From NCBI RefSeq assembly GCF_018350175.1, contig NC_058368.1:7254001-7318000 (forward strand): a DNA stretch of 64,000 bases, written 5' to 3'. The notes under the pieces were generated by a model. That model saw only the letters and a list, made by a program, of their open reading frames with translations, ran no database searches and was not told where the DNA came from. Made by a program: the position numbers and the translations under genes. Source of the DNA: Felis catus. Its lineage: Eukaryota. This document shows positions 1-14,244 of this stretch, piece by piece. Numbering within the stretch: the first letter of the stretch is position 1; the number at the start of each line of letters is the position of its first letter.

Positions 1-1291
1 CTCCTGCCTTGTTGATCCGCAGAACCCCCGTCCACTTAATGGCCCATTCAAGTGAACCCTCCACTACAAAGCTCTTTTCTCATCCACCCAAACAAAATCA
101 CTCATCCTGTCCCTTACGCCGCCATTTTATTACGACTTCATTCGCTCCTCACTGCTGTGGTAAAAGCAACCACTTGCCCCCATGTGTCCGCCCTACAGGA
201 CATCCCTTAAAGGTCAAGTAGCGTGTCCTGCATCACTCATAACTCCAGCCATCTTGTAATGCACCTGCCTGCGCGCGGTTAAGAACAATCTCCGGACTGA
301 GAGAGAGAATGCTTTCACCTGCCTCACCAAATCTGGACTCCACCTCTAGAGTTTTTATTCCTACTGCCTCTGCTCTAAATCAGGTCCCTGTTACTAATGT
401 ATTCGTACCTCCTGTGTCTCATTTCACTTCCCCATCACAAAAGGTGATTTCATAACAAACGATGATGATTCTATCATTTCTCTCTCCAGGAAAAAAAAAT
501 CTCTTTATAGAAGAAAAGCCTAGTGCCTTAACAGGATATGTCTCACTCTTATTGCCACCCCTAAGCCTCCAAACTCTGTGTTCTAGGCAGAAGCTTCTTC
601 AAACCACTCACTGAACACATATGTCACACCACTATGCGTCCAGGGACTGCTACTTTGTCTCTCTTCTCTGACAGTATCTTCCAGCGTCTCTCCTTCCTTT
701 CTCTCCCTGACCTCCACCTCGTCTCACCTACTCCGTCCCTCTGCACCCCCAACATCACACTCCCCTTACTCGTCCCACCAATTTCCTAAGCCTCTGCCCT
801 GTTACGTTACAGACTTATCTTCTTAAATGGAAAATACTAGCCATCAATGTTTACTCAATGATTCATTAATATACATACCCATGATTCTTCCACAAAGAGC
901 TCTCCGACTGTCTCAACTGCCACTTCCCTTAAATGTTTGTCACCTGTTACTTCTCTCTCACACACATACCCACACTCGTAGTTTGTGGCTACTAACCTGC
1001 TCTCGGTTGGGCATTCACATACCCCCACCATGTGAACCATATGTGAACCATATGTGAAAAGCAGCCAGGCCTGGTGAGGCTTGGAAAAAAACCACCACAA
1101 GGTACATGGCTTCAGTGAGGCCACCTGGACACAAATGGTTATGGTTCCAGGGAAATAAATCACTCTATCCAAATGTGGAAGTGGGTCGTTCATAAACTAA
1201 AATGCAAACATTTTAAGGTATCATGTGAAATGTAAGTGCCAAACAGATCAGGCATAAGGGATCAGGTTTTTACTGGTTTGGTAAGCCTCTC

Positions 1292-1517
1292 ACTCTGGAT
1301 TTTATATATACACATATATACTTTTATATATATTATCTGGATTACATACTCTGGATTTTATACACTCACATATATACCTTTATATATATTATCTGGATTA
1401 CATACTCTGGATTTTATACATACACACATATACCTTTATATATATTATCTGGATTACATACTCTAGATTTTATATATACACACATATACCTTTATATATA
1501 TTATCTGGATTACATAC
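1292..1517. repeat. Minisatellite, 4 x 56 bp
   Basis: Unit actctggattttatatatacacatatatacttttatatatattatctggattacat starts at 1292, 1348, 1404 and 1460. Confidence 0.95.
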
Positions 1518-1967
1518 ATACGTACATCCTTTTGGTGGTGTTTGCCATGACAGCATTACCACGTGTCTCCTCAAATTACTCCTGTAACATTTTACACTTT
1601 ACAGATATACAGGTTTAGTTGTACTTGTAAATTTTACCTAGGAGATTTAGCATTTTCAGATACAATCTGGGGAGAGGAATTACAGGGAGATGAAAAAAAT
1701 CAAATCATACTGCAGAATAGGGTTACTTCTGGGAATTTTCTTTAAATCTATTCTTAAATATGAGATGTAGATTCCTGCTCAGTTTCTCAAAGACTGACAG
1801 TTTTTGAACTCGTCCTTAAATATTGGGCTTTTTTGCCCTCTAGCTAAACATTATGAAAAGCTTTTAAAAAGTGGTAATAATTACCATTAGCTATTTCAGT
1901 GGTTTTATTATTAATATTGAAAGACATGTTAGAGACAATCTAAGAAACAAGAGATTTCACAATTCTT

Positions 1968-2183
1968 TTTTTTATTATTTAAAAAAAATTTTTTTTAACG
2001 TTTATTTATTTTTGAGAGAGACAGAACGTGAGTGGGGGAGGGAAGGAGACACAGAATCCGAAGCAGGCTCCAGGCTCTGAGCTGTCAGCACAGAGCTCGA
2101 CGTGGGGCTCGAACCTATGAGCTGTGAGATCATGACCTGAGCTGAAGTCGGATGCTTCACCAACTGAGCCACCCAGGTGCCCC
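1968..2183 (-). mobile_element. Can-SINE (SINEC)
   Basis: tRNA-derived head, (CT)n and A-tail in antisense orientation. TSD agatttcacaattctt at 1952-1967 and 2185-2200. Confidence 0.95.
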
Positions 2184-2350
2184 AAGATTTCACAATTCTT
2201 AATGGTTCCTATATCCTAGCCCTAAATAACACCCCCAGAAAAATCCAATGGTTCTGTTGAAAACAAAAACTTAAAATTTAGAATCACACACACACACATA
2301 CACACGCTACAATTTGACAGTCATTTTCTGCTCCAACATTTTATATTGTT

Positions 2351-2806
2351 GCTTCTTTCTTCAAATTTATTGTAATTTTTTACTTTAAAAATATCTGTTG
2401 CTTAGTAGTCTAATATGGGAATCTACCCTGTTTCTAGAAGCTATTTGATTTAATCTGAGTTAATCTATAAACTATTCTATACACACATACATAAATCCTA
2501 ACACTTTCAGAAAAGAAACCCAGGAAGTTCGGTATAAGCTAATGTAAAATAAATTAAGCAGAACAATATTTTTGAAGAAAGAAGCTTCTTTCTTCAAATT
2601 TATTGTAATTTTTTACTTTAAAAATATCTGTTGCTTAGTAGTCTAATATGGGAATCTACCCTGTTTCTAGAAGCTATTTGATTTAATCTGAGTTAATCTA
2701 TAAACTATTCTGTACACACATACATAAATCCTAACACTTTCAGAAAAGAAACCCAGAAAGTTCGGTATAAGCTAATGCAAAATAAATTAAGCAGAACAAT
2801 ATTTTT
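2351..2806. repeat. Tandem duplication of 223 bp (2351-2573 and 2584-2806)
   Basis: Two copies differing at 3 positions, separated by a 10-bp spacer gaagaaagaa. Confidence 0.95.
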
Positions 2807-3520
2807 ACACAATTATGGAGCCGAGCCTTCCGTCTTTTCCCTTGATGTACTACATATATTCAGAGTTCATCGTAACACCTTAGAAATGTTTCTTCACTTT
2901 TAAGAATGCCTATAGTGTTTCGACCAGTAGGAAACCCAGTGTAGGAAATACGAAAAATGACCGTATTTCCTAAGGCTTTTAGTTAAGAAATAGAGAAATT
3001 TAAAAATTCTACTTCCCTTTAAAAATTTTTAAATGAATTCGCGTAACAAGCAATTATAAAGTAGTTAATAAGCACCTTGTATTTATAGCATTTCTTGTTA
3101 TTGAGTACATCACCATATGGTATAAACAGCTCAGTACCATATGCTTATTACTTCTTCTGGATGCTGTGTCCTTCTAGCTATATTTTTGCAGTAGTTGGAG
3201 AAGTACAATAATACACTTGAAAAGCATTGTGTTGTGTTGTACAGATTATGTATATGGGGGAGTGAAATATTAATCATCTAACAACTTGTAGTCTTAGTAC
3301 AATTACATTAAGGATATGTACATTGGTTTTAAAGTAGATGAAATGCTATGAACTACTCAAGCGTAAACAGCAAATATTGGGTGTAGTGTGCTAATTCATC
3401 ACTGAAAAGGGCAGTAGAGGAGTCAGTCTTCACACCATACAATTCACAAATGCCCCAGACTCCTAATATCAAATTTCAAAGTTAAAGGAGAAATGAAAAA
3501 GATATAAAAATGATATTTCT

Positions 3521-3743
3521 GGGGCGCCTGGGTGGCGCAGTCGGTTAAGCGTCCGACTTCAGCTCAGGTCACGATCTCGCAGTCCGTGAGTTCGAGCCCC
3601 GCGTCGGGCTCTGGGCTGATGGCTCGGAGCCTGGAGCCTGTTTCCGATTCTGTGTCTCCCTCTCTCTCTGCCCCTCCCCCGTTCATGCTCTGTCTCTCTC
3701 TGTCCCAAAAATAAATAAAAAACATTGAAAAAAAAATTAAAAA
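3521..3743 (+). mobile_element. Young Can-SINE (SINEC_Fc type)
   Basis: ggggcgcctgggtggcgcagtcggttaagcgtccgact head. TSD aaaaatgatatttct at 3506-3520 and 3744-3758. Confidence 0.95.
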
Positions 3744-3942
3744 AAAAATGATATTTCTGAGTATATTAACTTCTGATGAGAAAAGGAGTTAATATAAATT
3801 AATTATTGATTTTAAAAGTATTCTCCCTCAAACACTATCATCTTCTAACTACCTAATCTGCTCAGGCAATTGTCTTTTCTGGGGGGGGGGGGGGGTAGGG
3901 GGGAGAGACTGAATACATTTTTCATTTAAAAATATCTACTTA

Positions 3943-4156
3943 GGGGCGCCTGGGTGGCGCAGTTGGTTAAGCGTCCGACTTCAGCCAGGTCACGATCTCG
4001 CGGTCCTTGAGTTCGAGCCCCGCATCAGGCTCTGGGCTGATGGCTCAGAGCCTGGAGCCTGTTTCCGATTCTGTGTCTCCCTCTCTCTGCCCCTCCCCCG
4101 TTCATGCTCTGTCTCTCTCTGTCCCAAAAATAAATAAACGTTGAAAAAAAAATTTT
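3943..4156 (+). mobile_element. Young Can-SINE (SINEC_Fc type)
   Basis: Full head, CT tract and A-tail. TSD aaaatatctactta on both sides. Confidence 0.95.
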
Positions 4157-4733
4157 AAAATATCTACTTAAAAATTTTTAAGCCACACATTACACTAATT
4201 TACATCAGTTAATTATAAATCATTGTTAAACTGGTCAAATAAAAAAAAAGTAGCTACATTAGACTTAATATATTTATCCTTTAATTTAAAACATAAATCC
4301 AGAACGTTAAAAGCAGTGATGGGGACCACAAGTGACTACTTTCTAAAGTTTTCTAAAACGGCCATGTATAACTTATAAAAATCAAGTTCATTTGTTTATT
4401 TAAGAAGGCATATTCTTCAAATGAATAGAATAGTGTGCAAAATTGATAAATGAAGGGAAAGAAAGAAAGTAAGAGTACCTACATAGGAATGAGGCATGTG
4501 AGGACAGGTATCCTTAGCTTCTTAGCAAATCTGCAGGTTTCCTACAATTCAATGGTGGGAACGTGACGTGGGCGCAGCATAAAGATCTTCAGGATCTCTT
4601 GGCGTTATTATTCCCTTCCATATGCTAAATATAAATGTCGAGATGAAACTTTCTTGAAAGTGGAAGATTTCAGTACCATATCCCCAGGAAGGCCTTAAAA
4701 GGGAGCGAGTTAGACCAAGAGGATTCCAGAGCT

Positions 4734-4956
4734 GGGGCGACTGGGAGGCTGTCAGTTAAGCATCTGACTCTTGATTTCAGGTCAGGTCAGGATCCCAGGG
4801 GTGTGGGATTGAGCCCCATGTTAGCTTTGCGCTGAGTGTGGAGCCTGCTTGGGATTCATTCATTCATTCTCTCTCTCTCTCTCCCCCTCTCCCTCTCACA
4901 CGTGCTTTCTCTCTCACTCTCTCTCAGAAAATATATATACATTAAAAAAAAAAAAA
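4734..4956 (+). mobile_element. Older Can-SINE
   Basis: Diverged head, CT tract and A-tail, flanked by gattccagag direct repeats. Confidence 0.85.
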
Positions 4957-5001
4957 GAAGAAGATTCCAGAGGAAAGGGGTTAAATAAAACAGCAACTTC
5001 C

Positions 5002-5574
5002 TGTTACAGGAAATCCCTATGTCCATAAACGCACTCACTCGGAGACTACCACCCCAAAGAAGCCAGACATGTGAATTTCAACAGGGCCTATCCCTCCATG
5101 TCTCCCAGGATAAATAACTGAAGCGTCAGAATTCCACCAAACACCAGTGAAAATTAATAAAGCGAAAGCTCACTAAGTAGAGTGAGGAGGCCAAAAGTAG
5201 GAGCCACACCACTCACTGGTCAATTACAGGAAGAACCATCAATTACAGACTACAACAGAAGAATCCTTAACAGGAAACACTCATCAACTACAGGCCCCAA
5301 CAGGAAAAGATGGACACCGCATCTCCTACAAGGAATCAGCTACTCCAGCAAGTCAGCCAATGAGAAGCCATCATCACCCTGAACTCTAGCTTTTCTCCAA
5401 GGGACTTTTGTTCAAAACAACCCCTCCCAACTTCCTCCTCCTTCTCCATACAATAACATTCCTCTCCTTTGTGGGGCTTGCCTATTGTTTTGCCAAAGCT
5501 TGTATGTCCTGAATTAAAATTCTCTGCTATTTCTGAATAAACCCATTTTTGCTGTTTTATTTTTAAGGTTAACA
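5002..5574 (+). mobile_element. Solo ERV LTR (MER34-like); left edge uncertain
   Basis: AATAAA at about 5536 and a terminal ...tttaaggttaaCA typical of MER34-class ERV1 LTR ends. No clean TSD seen. Confidence 0.55.
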
Positions 5575-8500
5575 CATATGAGAGTACAAAAAAGAGCTCA
5601 TTCAGTTGTATCTCAGCTTTTTACATGAAAGGGACTCATTAGCCTGTGGAATTCTATCTGTAAAGAAGTCCCTAAGACCAAAGGGTCTTATTTTGACCCT
5701 CTCCATCCCAATGAAGAGCCTACCAAACAGTTGTTAATCAACTCAAAACAAGTAAGCACCATTATTCTATGCCCCTATAATCCTATACTTCACCAACTAA
5801 CTTTTCAGCCTCTTTACATCTCAGATATAACTGCAACCATCTACTGTTACTATTTTTGGACCATTCTAATCCATTTAGCACCTATCCCAATCTGCTCACC
5901 ACCAGAGATCCAATGACTCATATTTAATTTAATCTCTCCCCATTCCTCCATTTCAAATACAGGTTTCCGCCACTATCTGGACGTGGAGCATTCCAACGAA
6001 GTCTTCTGTAAGTAGAAACGGCATAAAGCAAAGAAGCGATCACCATTAATTTATGTGGAAAAAATGCGGGCCATTCCTGTACCCCCAAATAACTTCTCTT
6101 AGGCTTTTCTATACCTTAGGGCACATCTTGCCGACAGATGCACAAATTAAACCGAGACAAAGCACAGAGGCTCACACAGTTCAGAGCTGTGGTGGCTTCA
6201 TGGCAAGATGTTGAGTGCAGCTCTCTGGGAAGGGGTGTAGGGCCACTCTGGCTAATCCAGATGTGCGCTGTCCCTGGTAATTGCTCATGCAAAACAAACA
6301 CTGAGTGCTATTTTCACCTTTCTTTCTTCCTTCCTTCCTTTCTTTTTTTGTAAAAGTAAAAATCCTCTTTGGATTTCTTTTGGTCAGTGAAAACAAGTAC
6401 TCTTGAAGTCCTTTGTCAAAGCAAAATGGCGGAACATGAACTTTTGAAGAGCGGGGAAACCTGTAATTTTGCCTGCGAAACTACTGTTATTAATAAAATA
6501 TACACATATATAAAATTACTCATGAGAGCTTCAGTGAAGCATGAGAGAGCCAGTTTTCCAAACGTAAAGGTGTTATTCCATGTCTATTTTATTCCATGTT
6601 AAATAATTCTACCCATACACAGAACACAAGGAAGTTTATGGCTTTTGAGAAATGCATTCATCTTTTCAAAATATTACCTGAGGATATTGCTTCTGAATGG
6701 ATCTAGAAGTTTATGGCCACAGATATTATTCTGTAGCCTTTAATTTAATTTTTAATTACATTATTTACATTAATCTTTAATGTATTAAATTATATCTAAC
6801 AAATATTTACTGAGTGCCTGCTATGTGCTGGGCTGTGTACAAGGCAAATAAAGCTGAGTACGTAATCCACAATTCTATTGATTGAACACATTTAAGTCTC
6901 CATTTTCAACCTATATATTTCACAATAGTTTTTAAGAGAACAAATGTGATCAAAACTGGAAATAACAACAAACGAAAAATTCAGTTGTATTTGTGGCTCT
7001 TGGCAGATAAAATGTTTTCAATGCACATTCTCTTCATTTTAATTCATTTCATTAGAATATGAAAAGCAGAGGCACACATTAAATGCCCATAAAAGGAAAA
7101 CTCTTGGCTTAGAGAACAGTCTTAAAGGTAAAAAATCCATTACATAAATATATTTTCAATTAAGTATGATTTATATAATTGTTTGTACTTATAGATTGTG
7201 AGGACGCCTTTTAATCTACATGGGTACCGAAGAATCTAGTCCACAGAGGTTACAGATTATTTAGCTAGATCAACTGTATATCTAAAAACAAATTCTAATA
7301 GAAAAGATGGTGAAAAGGAAAGGACCCGCTGGAGGGAGGTTAAGCTTACAGGCAGCTCCAGAACCTTAGATCAATGGTATTTCATAAACTTTATTTTCTT
7401 AGTCTTTTCTCTCCTCATCTCTGTCCTTCCCTTCCTCTATTTCGATATCACATTCTCTACCCTTACCTGTCTTTTCTTTTTCCAGCAAAATCTAAGGAAA
7501 ATAAATCGACAAAGTGATTTGTATCCAATTGACGAAAATTAATATATTACTTTGTTCTGAGGACATCTGCACGTAACAGAAGACAAAATGAAACATTAAA
7601 GGAACACATCTTTAATTAATTTCAGGTACTTCCAAAGAAGTGGATCTGAGTGGAGCTGACTTAACAAGGAGACTTTCCCAGCACACCCCCAGTATCATTA
7701 TACACTGGCTAGATGCCTCTTTGCAAAGTTTAACCGGCTGGCAGGAGAGTCTCTCACAGAGGGATTCAGACCTTCCTCCCTTAAATAGGTATTTTTCCCT
7801 CAAAAGTAACCAGGCTTCTGTCAGCCTTCAGGCAAACTTTAGATGATGGCTAGAGGGAAATGATGTGAACGGGTCTGCGTGTCAGGGGAGAGGACTATGG
7901 CAGTGGGTTTGGTACAGGCGAGGGGATACGGCAATAATGTAGGAAGGCAAAACAGAAAGTGACTGCAATGGTCAAGATGAATGGTAATGAGAACTTGAAC
8001 TAATGTAATGAGTAGCAACGGTCAAAAGAGGGGTGGATTTGGGCAACACTTTAGGATGTCCAAAAAAAAAAGGCGAGCAGCCGGAGGGTAAGGAGTCAGC
8101 GTATCAAAAGCAGCACAGACATATCAAAGAAAACAAAAGCTATACGTGACCTTTCCTTGTATTTCCCATCAAAATACAACTACACTCCCTGTAATTCAAG
8201 GTTAGCTTCTCAGTCATAAATATAAGAATTTCCTGATATTGCCCAAAGCCCAAATTTAATGACCTATTTAATATTTTACTCTGTTAATTACCTTCTGTTG
8301 AGGAAGAAAATGTCTTTCAAGATTTACCAAAAATGCCCATCATCAGGAGGAGGCGGAGTCTTAGGCTGTCACCTTCTGCTTGGAACAACAAAGGCACCGG
8401 GCTAGACAATCAGCAAGCTTGTTCCAGCTCAAACATTTCAGCACAGCCCTGGGTAGGGATTGGGGGGTGGGGGGTGGGGCAGTGGGACAGGGTAGTGTGG

Positions 8501-10394
8501 AAGAAGGAAGTTTCGCCACTGTTGAAAACTAAAACACAAAACAACCATGGTAAACACCTAGGGCCCACCCTGCCTGAAATTCAAGGCCCAATATGCTACA
8601 GAAAAGCACAGTTTAGCCAGAAAAAGATTGAGAGGTAGTCAACTAAAATGAGAACAAGTGAAGAGAACTAGAACACGGGGAGAGGACAAAATAATTAGGA
8701 TTTTTTTTGTGGTTAAACAACAGGGACAGGACTGATGTCATGAAGAGACAAATAGTGTAAATTAAACAGGGATTAACTCATGAGAGCAATTTTGACATAT
8801 AAAAAAGCAACGACGGACGAGATCATTGTAATAGCTGATATTCATTAAGTGTTTACTTTGTGTCAGACATGGTATTAACCGAGATGGGGAATGTACAGAT
8901 TTAATCCTCAGGAGTTTGATATCATTAGCAGCAGCAACCTCATTTTTCAGATGAAGAAGCTGAAAATAAGAAATATTAAGTAACTTGCCCAAGATGCCAA
9001 AGTGAGTAATTGAATATGATTCAAAGCAGGCAGTCTGTTCCAGAGCTTTAATTTTTAAAGGATATACACTTAAAATAAATACGTGGAGGTTGCACAAACC
9101 AAAATATGTACATACTCATCTACATAGATACAGATATATATACACACACACGTATGTGCATATAAATAAATGGATGATAGACTCACAGCGAAATTATTTA
9201 TCTTCTGTTGTTAGTTAGCATTATGGAGACTAATGACCAGAAGACAATACATACTGTAACTTGTATAAAGGCCAAAATGCTAGATGGGCCTCATTTTTTA
9301 CTCTCACAAGAATGTCTCAGAATTTTTAAAAAATTCGTTTTTATTTTTACTGTGATAAGATGGGGTCTTCAAAAATCAACATTCCTTTTGACATCCACAC
9401 AATTCCAGTGACTTTTCACTTCAGCATTCCGATATCAAAGTCAACTTGAATGAACATAAAACTCAATTAGCATCTCAATTTTTGAGCTGTCCATCCATAT
9501 CGAACAGCTTCTTGGAAAACATTCACTTATATTTACCATGGGGCATAAAATTTTTACAAAGTTCTGAATGCAACCTTCGTATATAAAAGGATATATAAAG
9601 AAATGTTTTATCCATGCTTACAGCTTTCTTCCTGGGCCTTTAAGGTATAAAAGGAAACTTCGTGTTCTCGCCGCTGCAACGATGCTGCCATCCAAGGCCA
9701 TCCACTCCCACCTCATAAATAAATGTCTCAAGATCTGGAACCCACCTGCTTGCTTATCAGTGGCTCTGAGTTGTAGAAGTAATTTTGGATATAAATGCCT
9801 TCACCCCTGCTAGCATCCTGAATGCGATCTGAACTTCTGATTCCTGATAAGACAGGTTCACTTATGTTACAGGCACTATAATTATGTTCTAACTACGTAA
9901 AGGTGTATTAGTAAGACTTACTAACCAAGCATGCATTAGAAAAGAAAATAAGTGATAGACAATAGAATGAAAATACACAAAGTTATCGGGGAGAAACAGA
10001 ACAGCGCTCATGCTTTACAACTCTTCTAGAACTCTCCAGCAAACTATTTTAATGGAAAGGAAGACCTTCAAAAGATTACTGGGAAAAAGTGAGTACGTAA
10101 CAACTCTCCCCCAAATTAAATTTTTACATTTTAGATCTCAAAGTCAAGAGACGTATCTAAAAATTTAAACTTCTGCGCCTTGGTTAACAATGGTAGCAGC
10201 AAATGTCACCCACAGAGTATTACAGCAACCCCAACAATCTTGGCTGCTGTTTCCATGGAAACAGTCGACATGAAGAAAACCTAACAGTGGAACACTGGTA
10301 TTTAAAAAAAGAAAACACTTGCTTTTGTTTCCCCCTATCAGTTAACTAACATGGCATATAACAGGTACCTAAATTAGGCACTAGAAAGTTCATG

Positions 10395-11025
10395 ATTCAT
10401 TCAACAAACATTTGTTGGTCATAGGCTGCGTGCCAGGCACTGTGGTAGGGGAGAGGGTTACTGTGGAGATCTAAACAGTCCTTGCCCTCCCAGATCTTAG
10501 TCCAGTACAAAGATTACTTAATTAGCCAATGGCACAAGTATATATAAAACAATAAGAATACATGATACATTGTTAGAAGCGCCTAACAAGGAAGTTCAAA
10601 GTCAAGCTTCCCTGGGAATGTGATGCTTTAAGTGATACTTGAGGAAGGTCAACTAAAGACAGCTCAGTAGAAAGCACAAGGAAAAGGTGGGAAGTCTGCA
10701 GGGGTAAGAGTAATCCACCAAGGGCTAGGGACAATGTTAAGGATTTGGATGTTTATAAACAAAAAGATATGGAAGGGTTCTAAGAAGGACAATAATAAGA
10801 TGAGATCTGTATTTCAAAAACTTATTCTGGATATATTGTGAAACAAGAATTAAGGGGAAATTTGAAAGAATGCAGGGAGCCCAGTTAAAAAGCCTAAGAG
10901 TAATAATCTAAGAGAAGAAAAGAGAACTTGAACCATAGGACACCAGTAGTGTAGAAAGAGCATGATTATCAGGCAGATAAGGAGCGAAGAGACTCCCACA
11001 TTATATTATACCTACAAGATTGAGC

Positions 11026-11062
<37 letters not shown>

Positions 11063-11111
11063 AGGAAGGAAGGAAGGAAGGAAGGAAGGAAGGAAGGAAG
11101 GAAGGAAGGAA

Positions 11112-11185
<74 letters not shown>

Positions 11186-11960
11186 AAAAGAAAGAAAGAA
11201 AAAGCAAGCCACAAAAGGAAAGCTTTCTGGGCGGGGGGCGGTGGCAGGGGGAGGTGTTGTCCTTCACAGCATGATAAACACATACCTGGTTGTTTCAAAG
11301 ACACCATAACAGGATGAAGATCAAACCCAAGGTCATTTCCGTCAAAATTGGGTCCTCCCCTGGAGAACGGGCTCTAGTACCCACCATACAGGCACATAAG
11401 CCAGAAACTCAGAAGTCACCTTTGACAGTGCCCTCTCCCTCACCTCCCACACCTAATCTAGTATAAAGTCTGACTGATTTTACTGTGTAGACTTCTGCTT
11501 CGACTTCACTCTCCAACTTTCATTTCTTACCACAGTTCTCATCCATTTCACTTCTCTACTCCACACATTTCCTATCAGTTCCTTTGAAGTGTCATGCCCC
11601 TATTTAACTTAGGACCTTTGCAAATATCACCTGCCCAGAATATTCTTTCCCACTATCCTCTCCTAGCTCCTTCTTGTCTTTTAAAATGTGATGTCTAAAA
11701 AAAAAAAAAAAAAAAAAAAAAATGTTCCGTATGGCACCCACGACTAGGACTAGGACAGGTCCCCTGTTACCTGGTCGTGCAACATTTCCTTCTTAGTACT
11801 TATCACGGTAATTACTTAACTGTATGATTATTTAATGCCTCCCCCACCAGACTGGAAGCTCTGTGAGTACTGGGCCCGTGTTCTGTTCAGCATCATAGCC
11901 TTAGCGCCAAACACACCGCCTAGCACCCAGGGGATGATCAATATTTTCTAAAACCGATCA
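10395..11960. mobile_element. Degraded L2 fragments flanking a purine microsatellite
   Basis: L2 3'-end motifs cattcattcaacaaacatttg...gtgccaggcactgtg (10395-10450) and ccccaccagactggaagctctgtgag...gcctagcac (11840-11930). Confidence 0.6.
11029..11200. repeat. Compound microsatellite (GA)n(GGAA)n(GAAA)n
   Basis: Direct reading; about 170 bp of nearly pure purine. Confidence 0.97.
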
Positions 11961-12984
11961 TTAATTCAACATTACCGATAAGGTATCCGGCGTATATAGA
12001 GGAGAGAAAGAATGGAGGCTAAAAACGTCTGCTACTTGAACTTATGCTCTAGCACCACTCTGAGCGTTAAAGCCTTATCACACTGGTCGTTTTGTATGGG
12101 CCTACTGATTCAATATCTTTAGCGAGGAATCCAGCCAGAGATATCCTTAGTATCATTCTCGGGTCACAAACATCCATTCGGAGACCATCAAATGCAGGGT
12201 TTATTTTCATCTAAGAATATTACCTTATGGCCTTACTTCCTCCTCAAACAACCTGGAAGTCTTAAAGTCCAAGGACTGAAGTATTCCCTCATAACCCTCT
12301 TTCTTACTATTACTACATGCTGGACACTATACTAATTGCTTTACAAACGTCATTTCATTTACTCTTTTCAACAAACCCTCTGAAACGGAGGAAGCAGTTA
12401 CCACCACCATTTTATCGATGAGAAAAATGAAGATCAGAGGGGTTAAAGCAAGTAGGCTGTAAGTGACCCTGATGGGATTCAAACCCTGGTCCAACCAGGT
12501 TCAAAGCCCATGTTCTGTGGTACCTGAAGTTAGGGAACTTTTCACCACTCCCTCCCTCTTCCCCATCGTTAAAGTTAAAAACAAAAAGGCATTATATAAG
12601 CAACATGCAATAAAAATCCTAGAGAAACCACAAGATTTATGATAATCTATCTGAAGACACTGCCACTCAGTCCCACTCTTTGTTTAAAAAAAAATTTTTT
12701 TTTAATTTAAAAAAAAGGAGAACTGTGACAATAACCCCAAAGAAAGACAATTGTATTAATGAGCTAAAATGTACTTCTCTGTACCGACTCCTCCAATAAG
12801 GCTACAATTTAGCATAATTAACTATCTATCTATCTATCTATCTATAGACATCTACCTATATCTATCTAGATAGATATAGATATATATGTAAATATCACCA
12901 AAACAAAGAGAAACAAAGTTTACGTGATAACAAATGCATGAAAGAAGTCGTAAAAAGTTCCATCAATCAATATTTTCCTAACAA

Positions 12985-14050
12985 TTTATTATGAAAATTT
13001 TCTAAGTTAGGTGTATGTATATTCATAATGTTTCTGAGAAATGCATACATTCATGTAACACAAACCCCTGTTAAGATATAGGGATGGGGCGCCTGGGTGG
13101 CTCAGTCGGTTAAGCGTCCAACTTCGGCTCAGGTTATGATCTCATGGCTCCTGAGTTCAAGCCCTGCGTGGGGCTCTGCGCTGACAGCTCAGAGCCTGGA
13201 GCCTGCTTCGGATTCTGTGTCTCCCTCTCTCTCTGTTCCTCCCCCACTTGCACTGTGTCTCTTTCTTCTCTCAAAAATACAGATTAAAAAAATATTAAAA
13301 AAAAAAAAGATACAGGGGCACCTGAGTGGCTTAGTCAGTGAAGTGTCCGACCCTTGATTTCAGTGCAGGTCATGATTCTGAGGTGGTGGGATCGAGTCCC
13401 ATGCAGGGCTCCGTGCTAGGTGTGGAGCCTGCTTAAGATTCTCTCTTTCTCTCCCCCTCTGTCCCTTCCCTACTTGTTCTCTTTCTCTCTCTCAAAAAAA
13501 AAAAAGATACAGAACATAATTACCACCCCAGAAAGTTCCCTCATGTCCCTTTCCCAACCACTGCCCTATTTTTTTTTCCACAACAGATTAGTTTTGCTTC
13601 TTCTAGAACAGGATATGAATGGGAACACAGAGTATGTACTCTCTTGTGTAAGGCTACTTTTACTCAGCATCCGTGTTGCGGTGCATGTTAGGTAGCAGTC
13701 TGTTTCTTTTCATTGCTCAGCAATATGCCACCGTATCGTGCAGCTTATTGGTGGATAACTGGGCTATTTCCGGTTTTGGGTGACAATGAATAAAAGCATC
13801 TATTAATATTCTTGTACAAACCTTTCTATGAACATACGTTTGGGTAAATACCTAAGAGTGGAAAGTGTGGGCCACAGGATAGGTGTATGCTTAGTTTAAT
13901 TTAAAAACACATACGCACACACAAACACTGCCAGATCTTCCCCAAAGTGGTTGTACCATTTTAGGTTCCCACCAAGAACACGGGAGTTCTGGCTGCTCCA
14001 TATCTTTGCCAACATTTAATATTGTCAACTTTTTTTAATGTTAGCCACTG
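12985..14050 (-). mobile_element. Old L1 (L1MB/MC-like) 3' fragment interrupted by two tandem Can-SINEs
   Basis: Antisense L1 3' motifs (ccccagaaagttccctcatgtccc; gggtaaatacctaagagtgg; ccaaagtggttgtaccatttt). Confidence 0.7.
13086..13505 (+). mobile_element. Two tandem Can-SINEs of different subfamilies (13086-13308, 13315-13505)
   Basis: Two heads and two A-tails. aagatacag / aagatatag repeats lie before, between and after them. Confidence 0.9.
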
Positions 14051-14244
14051 TGTTATCTGCCATTAGTTAACAGTTTACTTTTGAGTTGCAACTATTTCTA
14101 AGATTATTATAGCACAAAAATAACCAAGAGGTACATAAAACGTAGGGCAATATTAAGAAAAGTTACACTATAATTTTAGAGATAACTTTCATATCAACTC
14201 TTTCTACTTTCCAGAAATTACATGATTGAAAGCATACTTTCTTC

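Noticed and set aside
10962..11309. ERKK- and FLSF-rich ORFs
   Set aside because: Translations of the GA/GGAA/GAAA microsatellite.
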